From Clostridiales bacterium (lineage in GTDB: Bacteria; Bacillota; Desulfotomaculia; Desulfotomaculales; VENG01), in NCBI GenBank assembly GCA_016278505.1, contig JADQBQ010000018.1:4002-68001 (forward strand): 64,000 nucleotides of DNA. The letters are read 5' to 3'. The translations under genes were made by a program, and so were the position numbers. The stretch's first letter is position 1, and the number at the start of each line of letters is the position of its first letter. Below the pieces are notes generated by a model. The model ran no database searches. It had not been told where the DNA came from and was given only the letters and a program-made list of their open reading frames with translations. Positions 36,489-46,643 of the stretch are shown here, piece after piece.

Positions 36489-37841
36489 TTAGAGCAATAT
36501 CATACTAGCCAAAGAAAAATATATAAGCATGCTGGTAACATCCATCACGGTAGTAATGAACGGTCCTGAGGCCAGGGCCGGGTCTATACCAAAAGTATTT
36601 ATGATCAAGGGAATGAAGCTGCCCAGGATTGTGGCCACTATCATATTTAAGGCCAGAGATAATCCAACCACAATTCCTAATGTGGGAGAACCCATCCATA
36701 GGTATCCTATCGCGGCCAGCACTACCCCGCAGATGGTTCCCACTAAGAGGCCTACCCTCAGCTCTTTGAAAATGATAGGTATTATTCCTCGCGAATCAAC
36801 CTCCCCGGTAGCAAGCCCTCTAACAACTACAGTCAGCGACTGCGTGGCTACATTTCCGGGACCTCCGGCCATCACTGTAATAAAGAAGGCCAGTGTAGCC
36901 ATTTGCTCTAAGGCCGAAGAAAAACCTGCAATTACATTTCCTGCCAGCAAGGAGCCAAACAAAAGAACAATTAGCCACGGTAAACGACGCCCGGCTCTTT
37001 GCAAGGCACCGGCGTCAAACTCCTGCCCCTCGCTATCCATACTGGCAGTCATTAACATTATGTCCTCGGTGGCTTCTTCCTCCATAACGTCCAATACATC
37101 ATCGACCGTGATAATCCCAAGCAAAGTCTGGTTATCATTAACAACCGGAATAGCCAAAATATCATACTTAGCTACTATACGGGCCACTTCTTCTTGGTCA
37201 GTTCGCACATGCACACTTATGACATTGGAACGCATTATATCTTCAATTAAAGAATCGGGCGGAGGAACAATCAGTTCCCGCAGAGAAATTATCCCCGCCA
37301 ATTGGTTATTATTATTAACTACATATAGATAGTAAACTGTCTCAGCATCAGGGGCTATATTCCTGAGTACTTCGATTGCCTGCCCGGCAGTAATATCTTT
37401 GGGTATAGCCACATATTCCGTGGTCATAATGCCGCCGGCAGTTTCTTTGCCGTACTTAAGTAGTTCCCTTACACTTTTGGCGTCGGACGCATGCATTAAA
37501 TCCAGGAGCATTTTCTGTTGATCCTCAGGCAGCTCACCCAGCAGGTCAACAGCGTCATCCGTAAACATTTCCGAAAAAATATCAGCAATACGCTGCCGAC
37601 CCAATCCTTCCAGGAATTGTGGAACCATCTCCGGGTCCAATTCCATTAAAACCATAGCTGCCTTACTGCTGTCCATAACCCGCAGCACTTTAACACCCTG
37701 GGCTACATTTACTGAATCCATCACCTCGGCAATATCCACAGCATGAAATTGCTCAAGGCAAATACGCAGTCTTTCCGTTGACACTTCGTTAAGGCAAGAT
37801 ATTATTTCCCGATATACATCCTTTGCATCATTACGGGACAA
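36489..37841 (-). CDS. mgtE: Magnesium transporter MgtE
   Basis: MgtE N-domain, CBS pair and C-terminal TM domain. Start probably TTG 37841 (8 nt after AAGGAGG) rather than GTG 37850. Confidence 0.9.
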   Translation of the reverse strand: MSRNDAKDVYREIISCLNEVSTERLRICLEQFHAVDIAEVMDSVNVAQGVKVLRVMDSSKAAMVLMELDPEMVPQFLEGLGRQRIADIFSEMFTDDAVDLLGELPEDQQKMLLDLMHASDAKSVRELLKYGKETAGGIMTTEYVAIPKDITAGQAIEVLRNIAPDAETVYYLYVVNNNNQLAGIISLRELIVPPPDSLIEDIMRSNVISVHVRTDQEEVARIVAKYDILAIPVVNDNQTLLGIITVDDVLDVMEEEATEDIMLMTASMDSEGQEFDAGALQRAGRRLPWLIVLLFGSLLAGNVIAGFSSALEQMATLAFFITVMAGGPGNVATQSLTVVVRGLATGEVDSRGIIPIIFKELRVGLLVGTICGVVLAAIGYLWMGSPTLGIVVGLSLALNMIVATILGSFIPLIINTFGIDPALASGPFITTVMDVTSMLIYFSLASMILL

Positions 37842-38276
37842 CGGGCCCACCTCCTTTTTAGAGGTTCAAAAAGTCCACGCAGGATCCAAACGTGTCTATT
37901 ATGCTCCTTTTCGAACCCTCACTTTAGGGCAGCCCGGCTGTACAATAAACGGGTGGTATCCTGGGCAACCCTTATTCCTTTAATAACACATCGCCTACTA
38001 GGGTCGGCGTCCACGCAACCACCTCCTAAAATCAAATAAGGCCTTCCCCAAAAACAGCTGAAGAAGGCCAGCCATATTACATTTATTATGTTACTATAAA
38101 GAAGACTTGGTTCAGGTGGGGTTTTAACCCCATCTGAACCTTAGTCGCACTTATTTCGAGCTTACAGCCTGTTGATCCCATTAGTTGGGGACATTCCTGT
38201 CCCCAGAGAAAATACCCAAGCTTCAGCAGGTGTGTCCCCTTTCCTTATGCGAGGGCGGGGTCTTACAGGCTGTGCG
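37842..38276 (-). promoter_or_regulatory. Long structured 5' leader upstream of mgtE with M-box-like sequence blocks and an internal intrinsic terminator (class not resolved)
   Basis: Minus strand: closing helices CGCAC/GUGCG and AGCCUGU/ACAGGCU (38146-38276) enclose hairpins (GGGGACAGGAAUGUCCCC). Blocks CUAAUGGGAUCAACAGG and CUGUAAGCUCGAAAU resemble M-box core blocks as I recall them. Terminator GGTTCAGATGGGGTTAAAACCCCACCTGAACC (38109-38140). A second segment (about 37860-38040) has UUAGGAGGUGG and GCUGCCCUAAAG blocks. Confidence 0.35.
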
Positions 38277-38384
38277 AAGATCAAACCAGGTTAAATCTAT
38301 CAATTTTTAATATCTCTGTCAAGAAGCTTTAGCTTATATATCTTGAAGTCCTTTTTGTACTTGCTTGAATTTGATACAGCAGAG

Positions 38385-39458
38385 TTACTCGACAATATTT
38401 GGAGTAGTAGTGACCTGCCCTTTATAATTACGGAGAGTGTATTCTTTTTCGTTTTTGTCCTGGATATAATAGTCAGGCATCAGAGGGATTTTCCCAATAT
38501 TTGTGGCTACCACATACATTGGTTGGGCTAAGCCCGTGGTGTGCCCTCTAAGTGTGTCTCTGATCAACTGGGCGCCTTTCTCCACAGGAGTTCTAAAATG
38601 ATCGATTCCCGGGGCAGGCTCACAGTAAAATACATAATAAGGCCTAATACGTACTGTCAACAATTTTTGATGCAATTCCTTAAAAGACTGCTTATCATCG
38701 TTAATACCTTTTAAAAGTACAGCCTGGTTGCCAACGTTGATTCCCGCGGACATGAGGTCATATACCGCTTCGGCTGTTCTTTCGGTAATCTCTTTAGCAT
38801 GGTTGCACTGTGTATTCAACCAAACAGGCACTCTATGGTAGCCGCCCAAAACCTTTAAGAGCTGTTTGGTAATCCTATGAGGCAGCACAATAGGTAAGCG
38901 GCTGCCAAAGCGAATCATTTCCACGTGTGGTATTTCACGCAGCTTTCTAATCAGAAATTCCAGTTTATCGTCGGAAAGCAGCAGGGGGTCGCCGCCGGTA
39001 ATCAAAACATCCCGTACTTCTGAATGTTCCTTTATCCAATCGAGCCCCTCATTAATATCAAATTTTAATTTCAGCGAACCGTCCACTACCAGCTCTTTCC
39101 GGAAACAATGCCGGCAGTAGTTAGCACAGGTGTTCATTACAGTAAATGCTACGCGGTCGTAGTACTGTCTGGCAATGGTATCGGGTCTGTCTTCATCGGT
39201 GGCCCGGTTTTCCTTATACACAAGGTAATTTTCTAATCCATACCGATTTTCCTTTTCTTGCAAAGAAGGAACAACCTGTTTGCGAATAGGGCAATTGGAA
39301 TCGTCAGGATCCATTAGACTGGCAAAATAAGGTGTAGTGCCCCATTTAGTATTAATAGTCTCAATGGCTTCCCTTTCCTTCGGTGTGACGTTAATAAACT
39401 CTTCCAATTTCTCCAATGAATCTACTTGGTTTTGCATTTGTAATTTCCACTCTTGCAC
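38385..39458 (-). CDS. KamA-family radical SAM aminomutase (lysine 2,3-aminomutase-like)
   Basis: CANYCRHCFRKE CxxxCxxC motif. TPYFASLMDPDDSNCPIRKQVVP N-terminal KamA signature. 357 aa. Confidence 0.8.
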   Translation of the reverse strand: MQEWKLQMQNQVDSLEKLEEFINVTPKEREAIETINTKWGTTPYFASLMDPDDSNCPIRKQVVPSLQEKENRYGLENYLVYKENRATDEDRPDTIARQYYDRVAFTVMNTCANYCRHCFRKELVVDGSLKLKFDINEGLDWIKEHSEVRDVLITGGDPLLLSDDKLEFLIRKLREIPHVEMIRFGSRLPIVLPHRITKQLLKVLGGYHRVPVWLNTQCNHAKEITERTAEAVYDLMSAGINVGNQAVLLKGINDDKQSFKELHQKLLTVRIRPYYVFYCEPAPGIDHFRTPVEKGAQLIRDTLRGHTTGLAQPMYVVATNIGKIPLMPDYYIQDKNEKEYTLRNYKGQVTTTPNIVE

Positions 39459-39635
39459 CTTAGTGACACCTCCTAGGTTGTCAATAATAACGCCTTAAAA
39501 CAAGCGCAAAGCTTAAAAAACCTTATTCCATCCTACACAGTATCATATAAATTAGTCAATCGATTTTTGGGCAAAAAAAAAGTCAATAAAAAATCATCTT
39601 CCCTTCCCAGATGATAAATTAATTTACCATACCTT

Positions 39636-40568
39636 TTAGCTATCTTCATAATAACCAAGGGTACGCAGCAGCCCATCATGGTTGCGCCAGTCCTTTTTAA
39701 CTTTTACCCAGATATCAAGGTAAATACGAGAACCAAGCAGTACTTCAATTTCCTTCCGGGCTAATTGTCCAACCTGCTTTAGCATATTACCGCTTTTACC
39801 GATAATAATCTTTTTTTGTGAATCCCTTTCCACGAATACGGTGGCATTTACAAGTACCAAATCATCTGAACGTTTTTTCACCTCATCTACCATTACCGAT
39901 ATAGAATGTGGAATTTCCTGGTTGGTTAAATGCAATACCTTTTCCCGTATTAATTCTGCCATTATGAAACGCTCCGGCTTATCGGTAAGCATGTCATCCG
40001 GATAATATTGAGGCCCTTCAGGAAGATAATCCATTATTTTCTTTACCAGCAATTGAACATTCTCTCCGGTTAGAGCTGAGACCGGAAATACTTCATCAAA
40101 GTGATGTTCCTGCCACCAGGTATCAATAACTTTAGCCAATTGTTCTTTACTAACAAGGTCTATCTTGTTGATAATTAAAAATACCGGCCCATTTAATTCT
40201 TTTAACCGTTTGAGCACATATTTGTCTCCGGAGCCGGGCGGGAAAGCCTCCACCATAAATAATACCACATCTACTTCTCGCAAGGATCCCAAGGCTACGT
40301 CCACCAAGTGCTGTCCCAGTTTATGCTGGGGCTTATGTATTCCGGGAGTATCTAAAAAAATTATTTGCGCGTTGTCACCGCTTAAAACCAGGCTTATTTT
40401 ATGTCGAGTAGTTTGAGGTTTATCAGACATTATGGCCACTTTTTGCCCTAATGCTTTATTCAGCAGAGTGGACTTACCCACATTTGTACGGCCAACTATA
40501 GATACAAACCCTGATTTATATCCGCTTTGATTGTTTTTCACCCTTTCCTCCCCCGGATGTCTACTCAT
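39636..40568 (-). CDS. era: GTPase Era
   Basis: G1 GRTNVGKST, G3 DTPG, NKID. C-terminal KH domain. Confidence 0.95.
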   Translation of the reverse strand: MSRHPGEERVKNNQSGYKSGFVSIVGRTNVGKSTLLNKALGQKVAIMSDKPQTTRHKISLVLSGDNAQIIFLDTPGIHKPQHKLGQHLVDVALGSLREVDVVLFMVEAFPPGSGDKYVLKRLKELNGPVFLIINKIDLVSKEQLAKVIDTWWQEHHFDEVFPVSALTGENVQLLVKKIMDYLPEGPQYYPDDMLTDKPERFIMAELIREKVLHLTNQEIPHSISVMVDEVKKRSDDLVLVNATVFVERDSQKKIIIGKSGNMLKQVGQLARKEIEVLLGSRIYLDIWVKVKKDWRNHDGLLRTLGYYEDS

Positions 40569-40956
40569 CCTTAACTTTTAATTCAAAGGCCGCAGGCAGT
40601 AATTCTCCAACATTCATCAGCTTATATTCTCCCTGATCATTGGACATATATACCTCAATACCCGCACCAAACTCCAGCAACACCTGCCGGCAGGCGCCAC
40701 ATGGGCTGCAATAATTACCGGTAGGAGCGTTAATAGCAATGGCTTCAAACTGCCGTTCCCCCTCCGAAATAGCCTTAGCAACCGCCGCCCGCTCAGCACA
40801 AACTGTCAGACCATAGGAAGAGTTTTCTATATTGCACCCTGTGTAGACATTTCCTTTCACTGTCAAAAGAGCAGCTCCCACCTTGAAGCCGGAGTAAGGT
40901 GCATAAGCATTTTCCCGTACTTTTTGAGCTTGAGCAATAAGTTCTTCAGGATTCAA
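40561..40956 (-). CDS. cdd: Cytidine deaminase
   Basis: 131 aa. CAERAA and CSPCGACRQ zinc motifs. Confidence 0.9.
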   Translation of the reverse strand: MNPEELIAQAQKVRENAYAPYSGFKVGAALLTVKGNVYTGCNIENSSYGLTVCAERAAVAKAISEGERQFEAIAINAPTGNYCSPCGACRQVLLEFGAGIEVYMSNDQGEYKLMNVGELLPAAFELKVKDE

Positions 40957-41309
40957 ATCATACGCCTCCCAAATACAAAAAAAGCTACCACCAGCGAATG
41001 AAGTGCGGCCATGAGTACTGCCCCGGCAGCCACATCCTTGGCAGCCCGGGCTAAAGGATGGTAACCCGGGCTCAGCAAATCAACCACAGTTTCCACCGCT
41101 GTATTTAAAAGCTCGGTCACTATTACCATAAATATAGCCAATATCAGCCATAATAATTCAAGCCCGGTTATACCCATCACCCATGCCAGCAACAGCGCTA
41201 CTGCTGTGGCCAAACAGTGAATTCTCATGTTGGGCTGGGTCTTAAGTGCATATAAAATTCCCCTGGCAGCATATAAAAACCCGATACCCTTAGCAAAGTT
41301 TAGCATCAT
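40953..41309 (-). CDS. dgkA: Diacylglycerol/undecaprenol kinase DgkA
   Basis: Three-TM small kinase (NMRIHCLATAVALLLA..., ELLNTAVETVVDL). The start is uncertain: ATG 41309 gives about 118 aa, and the ORF track extends to 41381. Confidence 0.8.
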   Translation of the reverse strand: MMLNFAKGIGFLYAARGILYALKTQPNMRIHCLATAVALLLAWVMGITGLELLWLILAIFMVIVTELLNTAVETVVDLLSPGYHPLARAAKDVAAGAVLMAALHSLVVAFFVFGRRMI

Positions 41310-41381
41310 TCTGCCGCACCCATCCCTTTTAACCCCTCTTAGCTTACAACAGCTCCATGCCGCGAGACCGGCATGGAGCAA

Positions 41382-41837
41382 TTACCTGGAAAGATTGACC
41401 TTATTCATTATCGCCTCTTCCTTTTGGCGCATAATTTTTTTACTCTGACTATCTTCATGGTCATAGCCCAAAAGGTGCAGCACACCGTGAACTGTTAGGT
41501 AGGCTACCTCACGGTCAACACTGTGCCCGTATTCCTCGGCCTGGTTTACCGCAGTTTCCAAGGATATTACCACGTCACCGAGCAACTCTTCTTCTCCCCC
41601 GGGAAAATCTTCCCCTTCCGTCATGGCAAAACTAAGCACGTCGGTTGGCCTGCCCACCCCTCGGTATTGTTTGTTTAATTCCTGCATTCTTACATCATCT
41701 ACAAAAACGACGCTTACTTCCGACTCCTTACCACTGTCTTCTTCTTCCAGCACCATATTTACAGTCTTCATTACCAGGCCTTCCTGCTCATTACTTACGC
41801 TCACTTTTTGCTGTAGATTGCTTACGAGAACCGGCAC
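41382..41837 (-). CDS. ybeY: rRNA maturation endoribonuclease YbeY
   Basis: HGVLHLLGYDH zinc motif. 151 aa. Confidence 0.9.
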   Translation of the reverse strand: MPVLVSNLQQKVSVSNEQEGLVMKTVNMVLEEEDSGKESEVSVVFVDDVRMQELNKQYRGVGRPTDVLSFAMTEGEDFPGGEEELLGDVVISLETAVNQAEEYGHSVDREVAYLTVHGVLHLLGYDHEDSQSKKIMRQKEEAIMNKVNLSR

Positions 41838-43968
41838 GCTTTGATTTTCTCCTTTCTATTTCTTTAGCATCCGGATATTCAATACGCGAATGAAATATTC
41901 CGGATAAAACTTTGAGGAATGCATCACCAATAGTATTTAAATCTTTCAAGGTCAGGTCACATTCATCCAGCTGACCGTCCAAAAGCTTATCCTTGATTAT
42001 CTTGCGCACAACTCCTTCGGTTTTACCCGGGGTACGATTCTTCATTGACCGAACGGCAGCCTCAACTGAATCAGCCAACATTACTACCGCAGCTTCTTTG
42101 CTTTGCGGCTTAGGCCCATCATAACGGAAATCGTCTTCTGAAATACTTTCGCTGTTAGCGCTTTCTTTCGCTTTATGATAAAAATAGCCACAAAGGCTGG
42201 TACCATGGTGCTGCTCAATTATATCAATAACCGCCTGTGGTAACTTGGCGTCTTTAGCCTGTTCCACACCATCCTTAACATGAGAAGCAAGGATAAGGGT
42301 ACTTAAACTGGGGGCAATCTTTTCGTGTGGGTTCTCAGCAGTCATTTGGTTTTCAATAAAAAAATACGGTCTTTTCAGTTTACCAATATCATGGTAATAA
42401 GCCCCCACCCGTACCAACATAGGCTCTCCCCCCACCTCGTCAGCAGCTGATTCGGCCAAATTACCCACTATAATGCTGTGGTGATACGTCCCCGGTGCCT
42501 CGGTAAGCAACCTGCGCAAAACAGGATTACTGGGATGCGAAAATTCTAACAGCCTAACGGATGATGTGATGGCAAAAGTGCTCTCTAAATATGGCAGCGC
42601 ACCATTGGTCAGTATGGAAGACAATAAACCATTTATTGTTCCCAACGCCAGGCTGGAAGTTAATAAAAGTCCCATTGGGGTATCGGATATCAGCCCCATG
42701 GTGAAGATGGCAAGCACATTCGCTGCTGCGGTTATAACCCCCGCCCGAGCTAAATCTCCCCTTTGGCTGAGTTTACTGACTCCGTACACCCCGGTAATGC
42801 CGCCAATAAGACCAACGACGCCAAACCTGATTTGCCCTGCGGTCATAATGCCCACTAAAAAACTCACCACAGCGACAACAAGAACAGCCAAGCGAGAATC
42901 CAATAAAATAGCAATGAGCATCCCCGCAGCGGCAACCGGAACCATATATGCAAACAACGCGCCAAATTGCGGCCATTGAGCTACGTTAATGGCCATTAGG
43001 GCTCGTCCCACGCCTAGAACTACAATCACAATTAAACCTATCAGATATAAGTGACCAGCATTTTGATAGATATTTTTGTTTTGCTGGTAAATAAAAAACA
43101 AAACCACAGTCATCAATAATGCAATCAGTAAGGCTGCCCCTGTAAGGGACTTAATGGGTGAAGAAGGGCCGGTTAAACCCAAGGCTGCTAATTTAGCCAT
43201 ATGGTCCTCGGTGACAATTTCGCCCTCTCCGATAATTTTTTCATTTTCCTTGATGGACACCATTACCGGCGGTACAGCATCCATGGCTGTTTTTTGTAAC
43301 AAATCTGTTTTATATTCATCGAAGAATTCATTGGGACGAACAAATTTACGTATCAAACCTTCGGCAAGACTGGCGTAAGAAGAATTCAGTCCCAGGTGCT
43401 TAACCTGTGCTACAAGCTGTTCTACCACTTGCTCTTGATTTTCAAAGGTAATCCCCTGTTCCATGGCCTGCTTTACCAGACTGTTAACCCCATCTTCCAA
43501 TCTCTGCAGGCTTTCTGGCCTGGGAGCGATTAAATCCTTTAAGACATTTTCCGGTAGTGCAAGGTTAATTTCGTCTCGCACCCCATTTATTTTTTCCTCC
43601 TCAGTCAGAGACTGATTCTTTTGCACCTTCCCAACTGCATCCACTGCGGATGAAATATCTTCCTGCACACCCACACTTACTTGGGGGTCGGTTCTATATT
43701 GCTTTTCTATGGCTTCTTTAGCTTGCTCACGCGCTTCCTTGGTTTTAGCCTTATTTTCAAAAATAACGGTACGTGAAGCAAAAATATCGGTGGGCGCAAC
43801 CTGACCCACCTGCAAATCCACCTTTTGGGGAACATAATGCACGGATACTAATAATGTAAGTAAAACAAAAAGGAGCACCGCAGCGATACCCCTGCGAACC
43901 TTGCGTTTCCCCGCAAGGGAGGAAAAGACTGCACGAACTTTCCCCCAAACCTGTTGGAGAGGAAACAT
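41791..43968 (-). CDS. pgpH: 7TM-HD membrane phosphohydrolase (PgpH/YqfF-type cyclic-di-AMP phosphodiesterase family)
   Basis: 725 aa. Extracellular N-domain, 7 TM helices, C-terminal HD domain (HHSIIVGNLAE, YYHDIGK). Confidence 0.8.
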   Translation of the reverse strand: MFPLQQVWGKVRAVFSSLAGKRKVRRGIAAVLLFVLLTLLVSVHYVPQKVDLQVGQVAPTDIFASRTVIFENKAKTKEAREQAKEAIEKQYRTDPQVSVGVQEDISSAVDAVGKVQKNQSLTEEEKINGVRDEINLALPENVLKDLIAPRPESLQRLEDGVNSLVKQAMEQGITFENQEQVVEQLVAQVKHLGLNSSYASLAEGLIRKFVRPNEFFDEYKTDLLQKTAMDAVPPVMVSIKENEKIIGEGEIVTEDHMAKLAALGLTGPSSPIKSLTGAALLIALLMTVVLFFIYQQNKNIYQNAGHLYLIGLIVIVVLGVGRALMAINVAQWPQFGALFAYMVPVAAAGMLIAILLDSRLAVLVVAVVSFLVGIMTAGQIRFGVVGLIGGITGVYGVSKLSQRGDLARAGVITAAANVLAIFTMGLISDTPMGLLLTSSLALGTINGLLSSILTNGALPYLESTFAITSSVRLLEFSHPSNPVLRRLLTEAPGTYHHSIIVGNLAESAADEVGGEPMLVRVGAYYHDIGKLKRPYFFIENQMTAENPHEKIAPSLSTLILASHVKDGVEQAKDAKLPQAVIDIIEQHHGTSLCGYFYHKAKESANSESISEDDFRYDGPKPQSKEAAVVMLADSVEAAVRSMKNRTPGKTEGVVRKIIKDKLLDGQLDECDLTLKDLNTIGDAFLKVLSGIFHSRIEYPDAKEIERRKSKRAGSRKQSTAKSERK

Positions 43969-43990
43969 TATTTCACTCCTCTATGGTGAC

Positions 43991-44953
43991 CTACGCCTCA
44001 TTGCCGGAATCATATGCCTTGACAATCTCCTGAACCAGAGGATGTCGAACGATATCTTCTCCGGTAAAGTAGTGGAAAACTATGCCTGTAATACCTGTTA
44101 ACACCCTGCCCGCATGAACCAGTCCCGATGATTGCCCTTTCGGCAAATCAACTTGTGTGATATCTCCGGTAATAATTGCATTGGAACCAAAGCCTATGCG
44201 GGTCAGAAACATTTTCATCTGCTCAGGTGTTGTATTTTGGGCTTCGTCAAGTATGATAAAGGCGTCATCCAAAGTACGGCCCCTCATATATGCTAATGGT
44301 GCAATTTCTATAATGTGCCGATCCAAGTATTTTTGCGTGCTTTCAATACCGAGCACATCGTACAAGCTATCATAAAGGGGTCGCAGATAAGGATCCACTT
44401 TTTCTTGCAAGTCACCGGGTAAAAAACCCAATTTTTCTCCGGCCTCGACTGCCGGCCGGGTAAGCACTAATCTGCTTATTTCTTTATTTTTTAATGCCCT
44501 TATGGCCATAACCACTGCCAAGTACGTTTTACCGGTACCCGCAGGTCCAATACCAAAGACAATGTCATGCTTCTTGATGGCCTCAATGTACTTCTGCTGC
44601 CCTACTGTCTTAGGTTTTATTTGTTTCCCTCGCGGAGTAACCAGTGTAATATCCCGGGCTAAGGAAGACAGTGCATTATGCATTCCCGCCTTTACCGCCT
44701 TAAGTGTATAGTTTACCTCGTGTAATGTAAGGTGGTTTCCGACCCTGTAAAAATCCTGCAGCTGCTCCAACACTTTTTGAGCTATTTTAACCTGTTCCGG
44801 TGAGCCCAGAATAACAAGTTCTTCTCCCCGGGCAACCACTCTGACCCCTAAAGTCTTTTCTATCAGGGATAGGTTTTCATCGTGCCTGCCGAATATTTCA
44901 GCCGCAGCTCCTATATCGTCTAAAGTAACTTTTGTTTCAGTATAATCCGTCAA
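43991..44953 (-). CDS. phoH: PhoH family ATPase
   Basis: Walker A GPAGTGKTY. 320 aa. Confidence 0.9.
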   Translation of the reverse strand: MTDYTETKVTLDDIGAAAEIFGRHDENLSLIEKTLGVRVVARGEELVILGSPEQVKIAQKVLEQLQDFYRVGNHLTLHEVNYTLKAVKAGMHNALSSLARDITLVTPRGKQIKPKTVGQQKYIEAIKKHDIVFGIGPAGTGKTYLAVVMAIRALKNKEISRLVLTRPAVEAGEKLGFLPGDLQEKVDPYLRPLYDSLYDVLGIESTQKYLDRHIIEIAPLAYMRGRTLDDAFIILDEAQNTTPEQMKMFLTRIGFGSNAIITGDITQVDLPKGQSSGLVHAGRVLTGITGIVFHYFTGEDIVRHPLVQEIVKAYDSGNEA

Positions 44954-45009
44954 TAAGACCGGCCCCTCCTTGAGGTTAATGCCTTCGGTTAATACATTAG
45001 GTTAATGCA

Positions 45010-46281
45010 TTAGGGTTTAAATGCCTTTTCGACACCTATTTCTTCTATGGTTTCTATGGTGACTTTTACTCTGGCAACATTCACTCCGGCCATATTTGCT
45101 CCACCATGGCCAGCCTCTACACGTTCAACCTTGCGGTTAACAATTGGTGCATTTTCAGGTATTCTCTTTTTAGCATCTTTAAGCGCATTTTTCAAGGCTA
45201 TATCTCGTGCCTGCGTTAGAGTTCTCTGCACCTTGAACGACTTAAGTTCAACATATCGCTCAGTATTGATTTCTACGGGAATATTTATATTCCTCCAAGC
45301 CGGGAGTCTTTTCGTATGAATAGATGATTCATATTCTTTAAAGGGTATTTTTTCCGGCCCTGATAGAATTATTTCCTTGTCACCTATTTTAATGCGAATC
45401 CTGGAAACCTCTGCACCGGTACGTCGCGTAATTTTTTCAACCAGTGGCACCTCACTGTACCCATCATACCATACACGGGCACGAACTATTCCCTGGGCAT
45501 GGACATACTGGGACTGTCCTTCTCCGGTAAGCTTTTCATCCTCTTCCGAGCTCTGTGGTGTGTCTGTTTCCTCATTTATTTCAGGTGGCGGAATGACTCC
45601 TGAAATAAGTACCTGCCCTTTGCTGACGGTTTGACCTTCCTCCACAGCCGGATGCCCTTTTAAAACCAATATTTCCTTGAGCAGTCCTTCTTTACGCGCT
45701 ACGATGTGGGCTGGATTATGACCCACCCCATCCGGAGGTATCTTCTTTTCTACTATTTCTACAATTACCCTGGTGCCTTTAACACTTACGCCGGACCATG
45801 ATACCTTAGATAAATTATCTTGAATAGCCTCTTCAACACCGGCTGTATCTAAATTCCACTTTAAAACCCCCACAGATAAACCTGCTTGCCGCGCCACTTT
45901 CAATATTTGAGAATCTTTAACCGTGGTATTACCGGTTACATCTATAAACCAAACAAAAGATGATAGCATGTACAACAATGCAAGAAACAAAAGGGCCCCG
46001 GCTACCATAGTTTTACGCCTGCGCATTTTAGAAATAAAAAAGGGCAACCCCAAACGATGCTCTATGGAAAACCGACAGCCCGTCTCACGGGCAATGTGCC
46101 TAAGCGGGCGCAAACCACTCAGCCGAATGCTGGCCATAATGCTTTCCTGATTAACCCACTTTATATTCCAGAGCCAGATACCCCTGGTAGATGCCATATT
46201 AATTAACCGCTCAGGTGAAGAACCGCGCACAATAACAACAACATAGCCGGCCAGGAAGGAAACCAGTTTAAAAAGAGTCAT
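45010..46281 (-). CDS. yqfD: Sporulation protein YqfD
   Basis: MTLFKLVSFLAGYVVVIVRG start with an ATGA overlap to the yqfC stop. Conserved position downstream of yqfC. Confidence 0.85.
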   Translation of the reverse strand: MTLFKLVSFLAGYVVVIVRGSSPERLINMASTRGIWLWNIKWVNQESIMASIRLSGLRPLRHIARETGCRFSIEHRLGLPFFISKMRRRKTMVAGALLFLALLYMLSSFVWFIDVTGNTTVKDSQILKVARQAGLSVGVLKWNLDTAGVEEAIQDNLSKVSWSGVSVKGTRVIVEIVEKKIPPDGVGHNPAHIVARKEGLLKEILVLKGHPAVEEGQTVSKGQVLISGVIPPPEINEETDTPQSSEEDEKLTGEGQSQYVHAQGIVRARVWYDGYSEVPLVEKITRRTGAEVSRIRIKIGDKEIILSGPEKIPFKEYESSIHTKRLPAWRNINIPVEINTERYVELKSFKVQRTLTQARDIALKNALKDAKKRIPENAPIVNRKVERVEAGHGGANMAGVNVARVKVTIETIEEIGVEKAFKP

Positions 46282-46571
46282 AATTTCCCTCCTAAAAACA
46301 CTATACTGTCGATACGCCCTTCCACACACATCTCTTCAGGTAAAATACTGCGCAGCTGCAGCCCTTCACCAACTATTTCAATTTCACCTTCCCCAACGGC
46401 TATACGTACCAATTCAGGAGTATATTCGGTAATTCCACGGTGATTCTCCAAGAATACCTGCAGATTTCCAACCAATACAATCTTAGGCAAGTCCAACATG
46501 ACCTCGCCTGGAATTTCCAATATTTCAGAAAACTGTCGCTTAACTTTCTTCTTTACGTCGCGCCAGGCCAT
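46278..46571 (-). CDS. yqfC: Sporulation protein YqfC
   Basis: MAWRDVKKKVKRQFSEILEIPGEVMLDLPKIVLVGN. ATG 46571 after GGGGGG. Confidence 0.85.
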   Translation of the reverse strand: MAWRDVKKKVKRQFSEILEIPGEVMLDLPKIVLVGNLQVFLENHRGITEYTPELVRIAVGEGEIEIVGEGLQLRSILPEEMCVEGRIDSIVFLGGKL

Positions 46572-46643
46572 AAAAAAATCCCCCCTTGCCAAAAATGTAT
46601 GCGGCAAGGGGAGGAAAGATTACTCAGCAATGGCTAATAATGG

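Noticed and set aside
36529-37332. 267-aa plus-strand ORF inside mgtE, and similar long antisense ORFs (for example 51230..51718, 42566..42979, 60958..61419, 54857..55369)
   Set aside because: They lie entirely antisense to well-supported conserved genes. They have low-complexity Ser/Pro/Thr/Ala-rich composition and no RBS, which is typical of shadow ORFs.
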